The notes under the pieces were generated by a model. It had not been told where the DNA came from. It did not search any database and saw nothing but the letters and a program-made list of their open reading frames with translations. DNA of 64,000 bases, taken from NCBI RefSeq assembly GCF_000738915.1, contig NW_026515634.1:413156-477155 (forward strand), given 5' to 3'. The position numbers and the translations under genes were made by a program. This DNA comes from Nematocida ausubeli (lineage: Eukaryota). Within the stretch, counting starts at the first letter, position 1. Each line of letters starts with the position of its first letter. This document shows, one piece after another, positions 62,216 through 64,000 of the stretch.

Positions 62216-63937
62216 ATGGCTTACTCAAAAGAAGAAAGAAAAAAGAGAATAAGGAATCTTATAATAATTGGAGTAGTAATAGGGGCGGTAACTTCCGTGC
62301 TCACCGGTGCATACGTAATGGGATACATAGGAAATGACAAGGGAAAGTCTAAAAAAGAAAAAGTCAGCGAAAAGAAAAGAACTACCACAATGCAAATGGC
62401 AGATCAGAGAGAGCCCCAGACTCTAGAGTCTCTTCTTATTTGGACGGCGTATAGGGCAGGAAATAACAGCTTTTTAGCAAGGCCAAAGCTGAATCTTGAT
62501 GTTCATGATAAGATCACAGTGGACAGCGAGATAGAGACAGTCACGCATATTAGTAAGATGGAGAGTGCAATAGAAACTCTTTTAGGCGAATATAAGAAAT
62601 ATGCCGACAAAAATCCTAAAAAAAGGCTGCCTATAGTTATACACAATGTTATTAAGAAAAACTACCACCTACGATACATACTTTCAATACAGAGAGACCC
62701 AATGGAAGCATTGAAGACACTTAACCTGCTAGATAAAAATAACAAGTGTTCTGAAAATAGTATAAAAAATGCATTGAATTGGCTTCTAAAGGGCCATGAA
62801 GAAGGCACTATAAGCAAATTCAAAGAAGTACTTGAGATGGACATGGACAAATGCCCAATAGAAAACGATATATATAAGATGGTAGAGGTGCTGCTTAAAG
62901 TTGTGGTTAGCAGTCCATTTGTAGCGACTCGCCGGCGAGGACTAAAGAACAAGCAGTCTCTTATTTTTATCCTGAGGGAAATATTGTCGGACATGAAAAA
63001 TCTGAAGTCATACATAAGTCTAAAGAACCAATCTAAGGGGATAATTTCCATGGCAAGGGGAAACACAACAGAAAGTATTAAAAAGCAGATTGAGAAAATA
63101 GAAATGTATAGACAGCGACTTTTAAATAACCATATGACAGAGGAAGAAATCACCCTAGCCTCCATGGTTTCATTGGTGGGGCATGTACAGAGAGCAGCTA
63201 ATATTGACAATGAGTCGTATTTCATAGATCTTGTTCAAAATATAAAGGCAGTTAAAAAGATGAAAGCATTCAACACGCTTTCTAACAAATCAGAAAAGAC
63301 CGGAGAGTCAGGAGAAGAGTACGTTAAATTCTTTATTGAATTTATCAAGAACTACATAGCAATGCATTCAACCAAAAAGAGTGCAGGTATATTCACTAAA
63401 TACTTAGAGCAGCATGCAGAAGATATAGACAGATATGTAAATCCAGCTAAAGCAGGAACTAACCCAGAGATCAAAAGTTTAGGAACGCTGCTGAATATTT
63501 CAACGAAGAAAATTCAAGAAATTGAAGAAATTTCTAATTTCACAGACCGGCTAATTACACTAATCTGCCTAGAGACGGACTATATGATGGGAAAAAACAG
63601 AGACAGATATATTCTATACGAGATATTAAACTGCTATAGGGAGTTAATGGCAACAGAAGTTAAATATATAAAGGAAGAGGACAGAATAGCCAAACGGTTG
63701 ATGAACAGTAGTATGATGAAGAACTTCATGAATGTTGAGAAAGTGCAGAATCAAAAGCTATACGCTGCTAATAAGGAAGGTGTATGGTGCATTTTCCCTG
63801 AGAATTTTAAAAAGGATTCAGATGATATAAGCACCATTTCAAGAGCACTTGAGCATCAAGCAGCTAATCTTAGTATGTCTATGCTTATATTTGACGTTTT
63901 AGACAAAAAAACCAAAGAACCTGAGAAAAATGAATAA
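62216..63937 (+). CDS. Lineage-specific protein with N-terminal signal anchor
   Basis: 573 aa; basic N-terminus then one TM (LIIIGVVIGAVTSVLTGAYVMGYI); K/E/N-rich body with no recognised domain. Confidence 0.75.
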   Translation: MAYSKEERKKRIRNLIIIGVVIGAVTSVLTGAYVMGYIGNDKGKSKKEKVSEKKRTTTMQMADQREPQTLESLLIWTAYRAGNNSFLARPKLNLDVHDKITVDSEIETVTHISKMESAIETLLGEYKKYADKNPKKRLPIVIHNVIKKNYHLRYILSIQRDPMEALKTLNLLDKNNKCSENSIKNALNWLLKGHEEGTISKFKEVLEMDMDKCPIENDIYKMVEVLLKVVVSSPFVATRRRGLKNKQSLIFILREILSDMKNLKSYISLKNQSKGIISMARGNTTESIKKQIEKIEMYRQRLLNNHMTEEEITLASMVSLVGHVQRAANIDNESYFIDLVQNIKAVKKMKAFNTLSNKSEKTGESGEEYVKFFIEFIKNYIAMHSTKKSAGIFTKYLEQHAEDIDRYVNPAKAGTNPEIKSLGTLLNISTKKIQEIEEISNFTDRLITLICLETDYMMGKNRDRYILYEILNCYRELMATEVKYIKEEDRIAKRLMNSSMMKNFMNVEKVQNQKLYAANKEGVWCIFPENFKKDSDDISTISRALEHQAANLSMSMLIFDVLDKKTKEPEKNE

Positions 63938-64000
63938 AATAGCACACTATTATAGAATACTAAGTGAGACTTAAGTACATAAAACTCAATATCTGGGATT

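Noticed and set aside
1..64000. Spliceosomal introns, transposons, CRISPR arrays, rRNA, telomeric tracts
   Set aside because: Recognised genes read as single ORFs; no transposase/RT motifs, periodic repeat-spacer arrays, rRNA signatures or tandem TTAGG(G) seen

Overview
Gene-dense, apparently intron-free eukaryotic DNA with highly divergent, size-reduced fungal-type housekeeping genes. This is the signature of a microsporidian; Nematocida is my inference from three paralogues resembling its large lineage-specific family. The window holds 34 supportable CDSs and one tRNA-Met(CAT). Recognisable genes: UNG, SAM-kinesin-13, CPSF1, DnaJ, TRM61, PRI1, CDC27, UTP15, GNA1, CCA1, a SWIM protein, RRP12, AlaRS, ARH1, NOT1, two RFC subunits, AP-mu, CDC73, PIG-U, RVB2, TAF8, SPC25, NCS2, AMD1, NMT1, UBA4, PCC1-like, ELP6-like and VMA1. 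No mobile element, CRISPR array or rRNA was seen. Most notable observations: (1) inverted intergenic architecture, with seven head-to-head pairs only 6-32 bp apart while most tail-to-tail gaps are 400-700 bp; (2) the 10-mer ATAACCCGAA recurring five times in intergenic DNA; (3) a GC-rich multi-hairpin candidate ncRNA at ~13.3-13.4 kb; (4) an Rvb2 with a degenerate Walker B; (5) a possible Cys/His catalytic pair in the large-family proteins. All gene calls come from motif recognition by eye; no database search was run.
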